Assembly (NCBI GenBank): GCA_963677485.1
Contig: OY781964.1
Coordinates: 3,104,001-3,168,000 of the forward strand
Source: Armatimonadota bacterium
GTDB lineage: Bacteria; Armatimonadota; HRBIN16
Length of the DNA stretch: 64,000 bases
Reading direction: 5' to 3'
The notes below the pieces were generated by a model, which saw nothing but the letters and a program-made list of their open reading frames with translations, had not been told where the DNA came from and searched no databases. Below are positions 40,550-51,344 of this stretch, in pieces. Both the position numbers and the translations under genes were made by a program. Position 1 is the first letter of the stretch. Each line of letters opens with the position of its first letter.

Positions 40550-41160
40550 CCCAGAAAAGGCGCAGTTTCCCGAGGCAGCTTGGGCAGCTTCGTTACCGAA
40601 AGCTGTTCATCATCGCCGTTGAAGGTGTGAAGACCGAACCGCAGTATTTCGGTATCTTCAGCAACCAGTCGATCATTAAGGTGAAATGCCTGAAAAGTGG
40701 CCACGATAGTTCACCACCTCAAGTTCTGGACAGAATGAAGATATACCTCAAGAACGAAGGGCTCAAATCAACCGACGAAGCCTGGCTCGTGGTTGACAAA
40801 GACCAGTGGAGCAACGAACAGGTCAACCTGTTGTATACATGGTCTCAGACGCAGTCGAATTACGGGTTCGCCCTCAGTAATCCCAACTTCGAGTATTGGC
40901 TGTTACTGCATTTTGACAATGGTAATGGTATCGCCAACTCGCGCGAATGCAGCATACGCTTGAAACAATACGTACCAAACTATGACAAAGGTATCAACGC
41001 AACCGACTATACTATGGAACGTATAAAAGAAGCTATCGGGCGTGCCAAGCGTCGCGATACGCCACCATGCCAAGACTGGCCACATCATGCTGGCTCCACC
41101 ACCGTATACCGTCTTGTGGGTAATATTCTTGGTGCTGCTGCCACTCACGCTTCTTCATAA
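40546..41160 (+). CDS. rloB: RloB-family (TOPRIM-like) protein
   Basis: [16 protein letters not shown] and [13 protein letters not shown] signature; translationally coupled to the ATPase. Confidence 0.9.
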   Translation: MTQKRRSFPRQLGQLRYRKLFIIAVEGVKTEPQYFGIFSNQSIIKVKCLKSGHDSSPPQVLDRMKIYLKNEGLKSTDEAWLVVDKDQWSNEQVNLLYTWSQTQSNYGFALSNPNFEYWLLLHFDNGNGIANSRECSIRLKQYVPNYDKGINATDYTMERIKEAIGRAKRRDTPPCQDWPHHAGSTTVYRLVGNILGAAATHASS

Positions 41161-41360
41161 AGTCGGCGAATTGAAGCTATTCCAGCGAGTGCTTCTATGA
41201 CCCATAGCAATACATTGTGGCCTATTCAACCTGCTTCCGATCCGGCAGAAACAACCCCCAAGCCTCCAGGTGAAAATCTGGAGTCTTTTGACTCATCCCA
41301 CTGGAAATCCCCCGGTCCGATGCCTATAATCAAGGGGATGATTACTCTTTAGAGGTTAGC

Positions 41361-43430
41361 ATGGGAAATACTCTGGTCAGGGGCTTTGGCTGGGCATTAG
41401 TGGTGATGGTGCCGATGGTTGTTGGGAGCTGCGCTCACGCAGTGTCCGGTGGTGAGGCTCTTCGCGCCTCAATCACAATCGACGCCCGCACGGTCGTCGG
41501 GAAGGTAAACCCCGGTGTGCTGGGCGGCAACATGATAGGTTATCAGAAGGGTGCCTTCGGCGGAACAGGGTCGGAATACACCGACCGATCGTGCGGCGTC
41601 TGGGACCCGGAACAGCACCGCGGTGTGCCCGAGATGGTGGCACTTGCCAGGAACATCGGGATGAGCTTCGCACGCTATCCGGGCGGATGTGGTGTGCATC
41701 TCTTCGACTGGAAGAAGACAGTGGGCCCACTCACTGCGCGCCCCGACCAGAAGTTTGGGCTGCCCGAGTTCATGCAACTGTGTGGTGAGATTGGAGCGGT
41801 CCCACTGATCACCGTTGCCGATTATCATGGCACAGCTCAAGATGCAGCTGATCTGGTTGAGTATCTGAATGGACCGAACGATGGCAAGCACCCCTGGGCT
41901 GCCCTGCGTGCTTCGGATGGGCACCCCGCACCGTGGAAAGCGGTCTGGTTTGAGTACGGCAACGAGTCGGAGCATGGTGACCACGGTAGCCAGCGGATGT
42001 CGGCTCAGCAGTATGCTCACAACTACCTTAACTACCGCCACGCCATGCGGGCTGTCGACCCTCATATCAAACTGGGTGCCGTCGTCGCGACGTGTTTTCC
42101 TAACCTCAGCGATTGGGCCCTGCCTGTATTGAAAATCGCTGGTGCGGGGATGGATTTTGCCATCCACCACTCCTACAAGTTTAACTATAGCGGCGAGAAT
42201 GGAAAGCCAGATGCCCGGACGATCTTTGCCATGGCGCTTGCCGGAGCGGATCAGATACAGGGTTACTACGATGAGATGAACGCCCTCATACGGAAGGTGA
42301 CGGGACGAAAAGATATCCCGATCGCGGTGACCGAATACAACGGTGCTTTCGTGCAAGAGAAGCCTGTGCCTTACCGGCATACTCTTGGCAACGCTCTTTT
42401 AAACGCAGACCAGATTCGCGTGTTCATGCAGCCGAAGAACAACATTGTCATGGCCAACTTCTGGGAGTTTGCTAACGAGTACTGGGGCACTGTGAAGGGG
42501 TTCACCTACCTCCACGAGCCCCTGGTGAAGCGTCCGCAATACTACCCCCTTGATCTTTACCACAACCACTTCGGACGCGAGCTGTTGGGCGCTAAAGTGG
42601 ATTGCGGCACATATAACGTCTCCTCGGGATACGGCATCGCTTCCGCGCAGGACAAGGGCTCAAAGCACGAGGTGATCCTGGGCACGGTGAATATGCCTCG
42701 GAAGTGGAGCCTATTTGACCCGCCAACCGGCGTGTCACACCACCTGGATGGGAACAGGGTTGTGGTGGACTTCGATACGCAGAAGGACATCGACTACTAT
42801 AGTGCCATGAAGATCGCGCCTGCGAAGCCTGGTCTTGGGTATCGACTGACCGGGATGGTGAAGACGGACGGGCTTACGTCAACAAGTGGGGCCTCCTGCC
42901 AAATCGGCGATGGAAGGGGATGGGATGCTACCAGATCGGCTGTACTCACCCCAAATATCACCGGAACCCACGGTTGGACAAGCCTCTCTACGGACTACGT
43001 CGCGCTTGACGATACGAAGAGTATCATGGTCACGGCGCGTCGGCAGATGCAGGGTGGAGCGATTAAGGGCCGGGCGATCTATGGCGACACGAAGGTCACC
43101 GAGTTCATCCCCAAACATTACCCCGCAGTCCCGATACTCTCTGTCAATGCCAGCCGCACTCTGAACGGGGGTAAGGGGAAGCTCTATGTCATGCTGATTA
43201 ATAAGGAGCAGCAGCATCCGCTCAGTGTGAGGGTATCGACACCCGGTTTCGCACCCGCCAGCGCGAATGCCTGGATTCTCTCCGGCCCGGCGGTCGACGC
43301 CACGAACGAGCAGAACCCGCAAAATGTAAAGGTCATCCGCAAGAATCTGGGGGCTGTCAAGGGGCCGTTCACGGTCAGTATTCCTGCGCATTCGCTGACC
43401 GCTCTGGAGATTGAAGGCAAGATGAGGTAG
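41361..43430 (+). CDS. GH51-like alpha-L-arabinofuranosidase with inserted CBM
   Basis: RYPGG, AADLVEYLN, FEYGNE and AVTEYN motifs; GH51-type C-terminal sandwich (PAHSLTALE). Confidence 0.85.
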   Translation: MGNTLVRGFGWALVVMVPMVVGSCAHAVSGGEALRASITIDARTVVGKVNPGVLGGNMIGYQKGAFGGTGSEYTDRSCGVWDPEQHRGVPEMVALARNIGMSFARYPGGCGVHLFDWKKTVGPLTARPDQKFGLPEFMQLCGEIGAVPLITVADYHGTAQDAADLVEYLNGPNDGKHPWAALRASDGHPAPWKAVWFEYGNESEHGDHGSQRMSAQQYAHNYLNYRHAMRAVDPHIKLGAVVATCFPNLSDWALPVLKIAGAGMDFAIHHSYKFNYSGENGKPDARTIFAMALAGADQIQGYYDEMNALIRKVTGRKDIPIAVTEYNGAFVQEKPVPYRHTLGNALLNADQIRVFMQPKNNIVMANFWEFANEYWGTVKGFTYLHEPLVKRPQYYPLDLYHNHFGRELLGAKVDCGTYNVSSGYGIASAQDKGSKHEVILGTVNMPRKWSLFDPPTGVSHHLDGNRVVVDFDTQKDIDYYSAMKIAPAKPGLGYRLTGMVKTDGLTSTSGASCQIGDGRGWDATRSAVLTPNITGTHGWTSLSTDYVALDDTKSIMVTARRQMQGGAIKGRAIYGDTKVTEFIPKHYPAVPILSVNASRTLNGGKGKLYVMLINKEQQHPLSVRVSTPGFAPASANAWILSGPAVDATNEQNPQNVKVIRKNLGAVKGPFTVSIPAHSLTALEIEGKMR

Positions 43431-43511
43431 CACCTCCACGCTTCTTACGATTTCGTTGTGTCTAGCGTTAGCGCCCGGAGTATGAAAGCATGCGGTCTGT
43501 GGCAGGCCTTT

Positions 43512-43676
43512 CTAGTCCTTCTTGATCGCCTTTGGTTTGCAGACTTGCTCTTCCTTCATGGCTCTTGCTCCGCACTTTCGGCATTCCACCGCCTCGTCGC
43601 CTTTTTTAAGCGCGATTTTCACCTTGGCTTCGCGGGTCTTCCGCTTATCCGTATCTTGACAGCATTTTGTAGACAT
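43512..43676 (-). CDS. Small Cys-rich basic protein (54 aa; below the ORF-track cut-off)
   Basis: GGAGG RBS; MSTKCCQDTDKRKTREAKVKIALKKGDEAVECRKCGARAMKEEQVCKPKAIKKD. Confidence 0.75.
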   Translation of the reverse strand: MSTKCCQDTDKRKTREAKVKIALKKGDEAVECRKCGARAMKEEQVCKPKAIKKD

Positions 43677-43787
43677 TGGGGATACCTCCACAGTATGTAT
43701 CCTGAGTTTACCTTATATCCAGCCATCTCTTAATATTCATGGGGTTACAATGATAAATAGCGAGACGCTATCTTGAAGGAGAGTTTC

Positions 43788-45101
43788 ATGAAATTCAGAA
43801 CCCTGGCCCTGGCCATTGGTTTGATGGCCGCAGGCACACTGTGTCATGCACAGAAAAATGTGATCGTGATGATCATGGATGGCGGCGGTTTCAATCAGTA
43901 TGCCGCCGGAAACATCTACCTCACCGGTAACACCGAAGGTATCTACAAGAATTTCCCTGTCAAACTGGCCATGAGCACCTATCCATACACCACCAGCGAC
44001 AGTCAAGAAGGCCGACGGAACGGCAGTTATGACCCCAGTAAGGCCTGGAACAGCTTCGCATACCTCAAAACCCGCCCTACCGACAGTGCCGCCGCCGCCA
44101 CCGCCATGGCTTGTGGCATCAAAACATATAACGCTGCCATCGGGATGGACAGGTTTGGCAAGCCCGTTCAGAATGTGATTGAAGCGGAGATGGCTATGGG
44201 CAAGTCGGGTGGAGTGGTGACCTCGGTACCGTTGTCTCACGCCACACCAGCGGGATTTTCGGCCCACAACGCCAAGCGCGGAAACTACGCCGAAATCGCC
44301 AATGAGCAGATATTCAAAAGCAAGCTGAATGTCATCATGGGCTGCGGCCATCCGTTATATGATGACAGCGGCGCCAAACTTGAAAAGCCCACCAACTACG
44401 ACTATGTAGGCGGCGAAGAGAGCTGGAAAAAGATCGTCAAGGGTGATATTCCGCTGAAGTTCATCGAGACACGCCAGCAGTTCCAGGAGCTTGCGGCGGG
44501 TAAAATCAAGGCCGACCGTGTGCTGGGTATCCCTCAGGCAGCCTCCACGCTTTCGAGCGGCCGCGCTGGCAAGAGTGTGGTGCCTTTTGACGTACCGATC
44601 GCCTCATCGCTGCCGACCCTGCAGGAAATGACCCAAGGCGCACTGAACGTACTGCGGCAGAACAAGAACGGCTTTGCTTTGATGGTGGAGGGCGGAGCGG
44701 TTGACTGGGCATGCCACAGCAATGACGCCCCTCGCGCGGTGGAAGAAGCTGTGATGTTTGATCAGACCGTGGAGTCCGTCATGAAATGGATAGAGAAAAA
44801 CGGCGGATGGAAGGACAACCTGTTGATTGTCACCGCTGACCACGAAACCGGCTACCTGTGGGGGACCGGCAGCGGTAAAGAGGGTGACGACCGGCCCGTG
44901 TTCAAGCCGATCGTGAATAACGGCAAGGGCAAGCTGCCCGGAATGGCCTTCAACTACACCAGCCACACCAACAGCCTGGTGCCGATATTCGCAAAAGGGG
45001 CAGGTGCTGAGCGATTTAATGCTTATGCTCGCCTGATAGACCCCGTCCGCGGACGGTATATCGACAATACCCAGATTATCAAGGCGATACTGGACAGATA
45101 G
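43788..45101 (+). CDS. phoA: Alkaline phosphatase
   Basis: IMDG, TDSAAAATA (catalytic Ser), HATPA, VEGGAVDWACH, TADHETG and HT motifs. Confidence 0.92.
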   Translation: MKFRTLALAIGLMAAGTLCHAQKNVIVMIMDGGGFNQYAAGNIYLTGNTEGIYKNFPVKLAMSTYPYTTSDSQEGRRNGSYDPSKAWNSFAYLKTRPTDSAAAATAMACGIKTYNAAIGMDRFGKPVQNVIEAEMAMGKSGGVVTSVPLSHATPAGFSAHNAKRGNYAEIANEQIFKSKLNVIMGCGHPLYDDSGAKLEKPTNYDYVGGEESWKKIVKGDIPLKFIETRQQFQELAAGKIKADRVLGIPQAASTLSSGRAGKSVVPFDVPIASSLPTLQEMTQGALNVLRQNKNGFALMVEGGAVDWACHSNDAPRAVEEAVMFDQTVESVMKWIEKNGGWKDNLLIVTADHETGYLWGTGSGKEGDDRPVFKPIVNNGKGKLPGMAFNYTSHTNSLVPIFAKGAGAERFNAYARLIDPVRGRYIDNTQIIKAILDR

Positions 45102-45117
45102 CCTCCAGTCTTCATAT

Positions 45118-45151
45118 AATCGGACGGATGGGCTTGATCCGTCCGATTTTT
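45118..45151 (+). terminator. Rho-independent terminator
   Basis: aatcggacggat / atccgtccgatt stem with T tail. Confidence 0.7.
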
Positions 45152-45273
45152 GTCAGCCATCTGTAACAGTCTAGATTCGCAGTTTTGTAGTATTCCATGT
45201 TACATACCGTACAATCTGGACATCACCCCTCAGATTTGTTAGAACAAAGAGTAACCAATCAACTTACAAGCAT

Positions 45274-47220
45274 ATGTCACTTCCAACACCAACACCACAT
45301 AGAACCCCAACGATCCGCGCACGCGCGGTGGTCATCGGGCTATTTCTGATCCCGCTGATCGTGTGGCTGAACATCAACGTGGAGGAGATACGGTATGCCG
45401 GCCAGCCCAGCACGGTGGCTCCCATGCCGATGGTGCTGACTCTGCTGTTGCTGCTGATGCTGGTGAATGTGGCCGTCGGCCGCTTTGCACCGAAGCAGCG
45501 GTTATCACCTGCGGAGCTGCTGACCAGCTACTTCATGGTGTTCGTGGCTTCGGCACTGACCAGTCACGACCAGATCAACGTGATGGTGCCCGTACTCACT
45601 TACGGCACCAAATACGCCAACCCCGCCAACGCCTGGGCGACCAATTTGTTGCCTTACATCCCACATTGGATGATGGTCACCGACCCACGCGCCCTTCAGG
45701 CCTACTATGTGGGCGGTGCGTCATTTTGGAACCCTGAGCATCTGAAGATATGGGCCGGCCCGTTATTGCTCTGGAGCAGTTTCTACACGGTGCTGGCGTT
45801 CGGCCTCTATTGCCTGTCGATCTTGTTCCGTAAGCAATGGACGGAGCGCGAGCGGCTGAGCTACCCGCTGGTGCAGTTCACGCTGGAGCTGGTTCAGCCC
45901 AAACAGCCGCTGTTTCAGAACAAGCTGTTTTGGATTGCATTTGTGCTGGCCGCCACCCACGACACCTGGTTTGGCCTGGCGACACTGTTTCCCACCATCC
46001 CGATTCCCTATACGCGCAACCTACCGCTGGAGCAATATATCACCTCACCGCCATGGAATGCCATGGGCGGTGTGCCCCTGAACTTCTACCCCTGGCTGAT
46101 CGGCATCGGGCTGCTGATGCCCACCGACGTGATTTTCTCGATGTGGTTCTTCTTTTGGGTGTGGAAGCTGGAGCCGGTGATCGCAGCACAGTATGGCTGG
46201 AGCCAGATCCCGGGCTTCCCTTATGTGCAGCAGCAGGCGATGGGCGCCATCTTTGCGGTCGCGTTGTTCACCCTCTATTCCGCACGCAAAGGTCTGTGGC
46301 AGGCCTTCTCCTCCATCTGGAAGGGTGGACGCGGTATGGACGATGATGAGCCAATATCTTACCGCTGGGCCTCTCTGGGGTTCATCGGCAGCATGCTGCT
46401 GGTGTTTGGATTGTTCAAATACGCGGGTATGAGCAGCGGCGCGATCATCGTGCTGATGGCATTATATGTGTTGATCTGCGTGGCGTTTAGCCGGATGCGT
46501 GCCGAGTTGGGTCTGCCCGAAACGGAGCAGGGACTGGCGCAGCCGCATCGGCTGGTGCCGCAGCTTTTCGGCTCCAACCTCATGACCAAAGCAGACTACG
46601 GCATACTGCCTTTCTTCCACGGGTTCAACCGCTCCTTCCGCGACAACCCGATGCCGATCTGCACGGAGAGCTTCCGCGCGGCGCAAAAGAGCAATGGCTC
46701 CGTGCGCACGGTGTTCTGGGCTATGGTAGCCGCCACAGCCCTGGCGTGCGTGCTGGGCTTCTTCATGAATGTGGGCTTGCACTACCACTGGGGCGCGGCA
46801 TCCAAAGTCGATAGCCCTTATGTCAGCATGATCTTTGGTAACGAGGGTTTCAGCATACCTGCAGGGTTCCTCAGCAACTCGGTCAGCAGTATGCCTCCGG
46901 GCAATGTGTGGAAGGCGATTGGGGTGGGTTTTGGCATCAGCCTGCTGCTCTCCATCACGCGGTTGAACTTCATCAGCTTCCCGCTGCACCCTATGGCCTT
47001 TGCGGTGAGCGCCAACCACGGCGGCGCCATGATCTGGTTCACATTCCTGGTGACCTGGATTATTAAGGCGGCGATTATGAAGACTGGCGGATTGAAGCTA
47101 TTTCATAAGCTTCTGCCCTTCTTCCTGGGCATCACGCTGGGCGAGTGTGCCATGGGCACCGTGTGGTACCTTATCTCCGCCGTCACCGGCACCAAGACCT
47201 TTGTGTTGTGGCCATATTAG
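45274..47220 (+). CDS. Large polytopic membrane protein (DUF6785/DUF6784-like, putative transporter)
   Basis: About 16 TMs; RKQWTERERLSYPL, RMRAELG, FPLHP and PFFLGITLGE motifs. Confidence 0.75.
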   Translation: MSLPTPTPHRTPTIRARAVVIGLFLIPLIVWLNINVEEIRYAGQPSTVAPMPMVLTLLLLLMLVNVAVGRFAPKQRLSPAELLTSYFMVFVASALTSHDQINVMVPVLTYGTKYANPANAWATNLLPYIPHWMMVTDPRALQAYYVGGASFWNPEHLKIWAGPLLLWSSFYTVLAFGLYCLSILFRKQWTERERLSYPLVQFTLELVQPKQPLFQNKLFWIAFVLAATHDTWFGLATLFPTIPIPYTRNLPLEQYITSPPWNAMGGVPLNFYPWLIGIGLLMPTDVIFSMWFFFWVWKLEPVIAAQYGWSQIPGFPYVQQQAMGAIFAVALFTLYSARKGLWQAFSSIWKGGRGMDDDEPISYRWASLGFIGSMLLVFGLFKYAGMSSGAIIVLMALYVLICVAFSRMRAELGLPETEQGLAQPHRLVPQLFGSNLMTKADYGILPFFHGFNRSFRDNPMPICTESFRAAQKSNGSVRTVFWAMVAATALACVLGFFMNVGLHYHWGAASKVDSPYVSMIFGNEGFSIPAGFLSNSVSSMPPGNVWKAIGVGFGISLLLSITRLNFISFPLHPMAFAVSANHGGAMIWFTFLVTWIIKAAIMKTGGLKLFHKLLPFFLGITLGECAMGTVWYLISAVTGTKTFVLWPY

Positions 47221-47301
47221 CGGAGGAGGCAGGAGAGCAGGAGAAGAGGAGAGCAGGAGGGGAGCGGGCCCGATTCATGGAAGCCTACATTGAACTGATC
47301 C

Positions 47302-47391
47302 GGTCGTAAGGGCGTCCCTCGTGGGCGCCCGAAACGGTGCTCTTTCGATGTTTGTGTTTTTAGGGCGCCCACAAGGGACGCCCCTACGACC
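47302..47391. repeat. REPIN (inverted GTAG-type REP doublet)
   Basis: ggtcgtaagggcgtccctcgtgggcgccc ... gggcgcccacaagggacgcccctacgacc. Confidence 0.8.
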
Positions 47392-47444
47392 AGCGGATTC
47401 CTGCACAGTTGGTTTACTATCGATGTTCCACACAGAGAGGACAT

Positions 47445-49972
47445 ATGACATTGGTTGATATAGATACAACTCTAAGCACTGCGTTACTGAAGAATCCAGA
47501 CATCTCTTCACCGTTCGTTCCTGTAATTCCTTCACCAGGGATCGGCAAGATCAGCGGTGTAATAGCGCACGGATGGCAGGACAACTCCGCCTGGGCGAAT
47601 GTGCGGGTGCGCTATTCCGAGGAGCGGACTACCGTCCATTCCCACAAAAGCTGCCAGCGGATTGATGTGCTGCAGGTTCTTGATGATGGCAGGGTTCATT
47701 TTTTTCAGCCATTGAACGGCATGTCGGCCGGCCAAGGCTATAAGCTGAGCATATGGCTGCTCGAAAGCGTGGATGTGCCGATCGAAGTCGCCGTTCGGCA
47801 ACTTGGCGCACCCTACCAGGACATCGACTGTGCCACAATCACACCCGGTGACCATTGGAAAAGGGTCAGTTTCAACTGGTATGCCACAGGGGATGCTCCG
47901 CTCGGATTGTATATCCGCGTGACCCAGCCTGTCACGCTCTGGGTGGCGGACGCCTCGGTGAAGGTAGCCGATCCAGCAGCGGCCCCGGAAGGCAATCTGC
48001 TGCAGAACGGCTCATTCGAGACAGGACTCGCAGGAGGCTGGTCAGTTTGGAACTCATCCGGTCGTTTCATCGAGCAGCCTACGACACTGGACAGAACCAC
48101 CGCGTTCGCAGGCAAGTCATCCCTCAAGATCCGCATTCTACCCACACTGGAACGCATGACCGAGGTAGAGTTGAGCTCACCGCCGGTCGATATCCGGCAG
48201 CCTGGCAGCTACACGGCGAGTGTCGCGCTGAAGGTCATGAATGAACCCATCACCATCTCGGTTTCGCTGAAGAACTCCAAAGTCTCGCAGTCTTTCGTCA
48301 TCGGTAACAAGTGGCAGCGGGTGTCTGTCACCGGCCTGTTATCACCAGGCTCCACAGCGCTGATCGTGAGGGCCATTATATCACCGGATAAAGCTGATGC
48401 GATCTGGGTGGACGCTGCCGAACTCCACTTTCGCTCCACGCCGACACCGCGGTATGAGCCAGCCCATCCTGTGGAGCTTAACCTGACCAGCTCACAGCCC
48501 GGCCACGTCTATCTCGACAAGGCCGCTGTTGTGCTGCATTTCGCCACCGCCGGAGCGGTCCCACCGGGTCTAGACTGCACCTGACCGTCACCGACCTGTA
48601 TGGCAATTGCCGAACCCTGCCGTCAGTCTCATTGTCCAAATCGACTGTCACTGTGCCATCCAACGGAGCCCATCGCTACGGAATGTTCAAGGCCACAGCG
48701 GTCGTGCGCGACGCCAATGGCCGGGCTTTGTCGGCAGGTGTGGATTGCACTTTTGCATGTTTGCCACAACCGCGCGATGTGAATCCAGCCAAGTCATTTT
48801 TCGGCGTACACATGCCATTGTTGCCAGCATACTACCCGATTGCACGGGCGATAGGCGCGCGGTGGGTGCGTCTGCATGATGCCAGCTTACTGACGAAGTG
48901 GGCGGTGGTTCAGCCACAACAGGCTCCAATTCTATATTTCGATGAGCCCGTCGCCTCATGCCGCAAAGCCGGTCTGGAGATACTCGGCATGCTTGATGGA
49001 GCACCGGCCTGGACCACCGCCAAACCGAACCCGTCCGGCGGGTATATGGCCTATTTCTACAACAACCCGGATGGGCCCGATGGCATGAAACAGTGGCAAG
49101 AGTATGTAGTCTCCATGGTGAATCACTACAAGGGGAAGATCGACTGCTGGGAAGTTTGGAATGAGCCATGGAACCTGGCCGACCGCTTCTTCCCTGGAAC
49201 TGCCACAGACTATGGGGCTCTGCTGAAGAGTGCCTACATCACTGCTAAAAAGACCAATCCCAAAGCGACCATTGTGGGGATCGACACCTACCGTCCCATA
49301 GCTTCTATCGACCCTGAGTTCACGAAACAGGCACTGCAAGCTTCAGGCAGCGCATATTACGATGTGTTTTCCTACCATGACTACACGTCGGATACTGTGG
49401 CTGATGCCGCACACAACGTGCAATTGGCGGAAGCGCAGGATTTTCGCAGCCTGCAAAAGCAGTATGGTGGCGGTCCGGTGAAATCGATGTGGACCACTGA
49501 AGGCGGTGTGGGTCACAGGGTAATGTCGATGTATCAGCCAGATCAGGATGGTGCGACGCTGCTGGCCGATCAGGCCCGGATGGTGCGGTTCCTGGTCGGT
49601 TTGATGGCCGCCGGAAGTCAGCGGTTCTTCCTCTATACATTCTTTTTACATCCGAGCGGGGTTGGTGACACAGACACGCTTGCGCTGGAGCACGACCGGG
49701 CCATACGGCCGCAACTCGCAGCGTGGGCAATCCTCGCCTCACTGGTGGATGGCGCGGGCACACCAAAGATAGATAATAGTATGCAGGGTGTGTCCATCTT
49801 TCATTTCCCCGCTTCAGAAGGGAAGCAGGTGACCGTATTCTGGAGCCACGATGGAAAAATGCACCGCATCCCATGCCCCAAGAAGGCTGCATTGCTGGAC
49901 ATCCAGGGCAATCCAATGGCAGATTCGGCATCTTTCAATGTAGGCCCCATCCCTGTCTACGCGGTTCGCTGA
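47445..49972 (+). pseudogene. Frameshifted GH39-like glycoside hydrolase with two CBM4/9-like domains (ORFs 47445-48584 and ~48569-49972)
   Basis: A -1 shift near 48569 joins AVPPG to SRLHLTVTDLYG; WEVWNEP and WTTEGG catalytic motifs lie in the second part. Confidence 0.75.
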
Positions 49973-50131
49973 GCGTTAGCGTAGCTTAGCTACTGCGATG
50001 TGGCTACCAGCCTCGCCGCGATGGGTTCCATCGCCCAGGACGATTCGCGAATCATCCTACGTGCGTCTACGCTCCTGCAGGTATTGGGGACGAACCATGG
50101 GTGCGACAGACTATCGGAAGGAGTAGACATC

Positions 50132-50890
50132 ATGAATGATAAGTACGTATCAGCACGGTCGGAACCTGCATATTATGATGCCAGGGCGGCGATGTTGCTC
50201 GGAATATGCACGATGATATTCTTGGTGTTTTACAGATTTTTCTATCCTTTCGTCCCACTATTCGCTCTAGCAGGGCTAATCGTCAGCATTAAGGCCATAT
50301 CTGTTGGGCGGCAGAGACCTTCACCCCTCAGCATGAAAATGGCAGTGATCGGGCTTGTCTGCTCGGTCGTGGCGACGATAGTTGTCGGGTTGTTTGTGTT
50401 TTTCAATTTCTACCCCGAGGTTCGCGGTGTGCACAAGCGGGAAGCCTGCCTGGCCAACTGCAAGCAGATTGGGCTGGCGATGAGCCTATATGCAGATGAT
50501 TACGATGACAAGCTCCCTCCCGCACATCACTGGCAAGCGGCCTTGCGTGATGATCTGAAAGCAACCAAACACACCAAAAGTAATGTGATGCCTTACCGTT
50601 GCGCCAGTTCCATAGACATGCAGTTTTCCTACGGTATGAACAACGCAATGAATAGTCTATCTCGGCAAAGCGTCAACAGCCCGACCACCACGGCCTTTGC
50701 CTTCGATTGCTCCCTGCATATGCAGAGTGCGTCCGGTGGGCGTGAAGCGGTGGAATTTCGACACAAGCAACTTGGGTGTGCCAATATGGCAAACTTCGTG
50801 TTTGTCGATGGTCATGCAGTGACGGTGAGTGCCACCAAAACAGATGAACCGAATGTGATAGCAATCGATCAGGTCCGATGGAGCCCGTAG
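50132..50890 (+). CDS. Membrane-anchored DUF1559/H-X9-DG-like protein, paralog 1
   Basis: TM hairpin, CLANCKQIGLAM.LYADDYD, SYGMN and RH...ANFVFVDGH motifs. Confidence 0.85.
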   Translation: MNDKYVSARSEPAYYDARAAMLLGICTMIFLVFYRFFYPFVPLFALAGLIVSIKAISVGRQRPSPLSMKMAVIGLVCSVVATIVVGLFVFFNFYPEVRGVHKREACLANCKQIGLAMSLYADDYDDKLPPAHHWQAALRDDLKATKHTKSNVMPYRCASSIDMQFSYGMNNAMNSLSRQSVNSPTTTAFAFDCSLHMQSASGGREAVEFRHKQLGCANMANFVFVDGHAVTVSATKTDEPNVIAIDQVRWSP

Positions 50891-50926
50891 CTGACGCGAT
50901 CTGCGCTGCAATTTGTGTCAGTGTCG

Positions 50927-51186
50927 GCGTCGCTTCGCTCCTGCGGGCGTGGGCGGAGGGCTCCCAGCGCCCGCTTGCGGGCTGCGACTCACTAGACGCG
51001 CGGTGAGGGAACCCTATTTATGGGGTGACTAAACCCGCGGCAGCGTTGGCCGATGGCTGCGATCTGGGCCACGGACCCTGTGTCGACGGGTTCCATCGCC
51101 CCAGGGGGCTCCATCACCCGTCGCTGATCAGATGGCTGCCCGCGTCGCTTCGCTCCTGCGGGCGCTGGCGGAGGGCACCCTGCGCC
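50927..51186 (-). repeat. Two truncated tandem copies (F, G) of the ~190-bp repeat
   Basis: 50927-51042 and 51082-51186 match copies C and D. Confidence 0.85.
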
Positions 51187-51344
51187 AGCTAGCCTGTTGC
51201 GGAGGAATAGATTGGCGGTGAGGGGCTTCGTGCACCACGTCATCATATCCGTGTCGACAGGTAGGTAGCAATTCGCCTCAAAGGATGCCAGAAAATGGTG
51301 TACAATGCTATCAACAAACGCCAAACCCTGGAGGGGCACATTGC

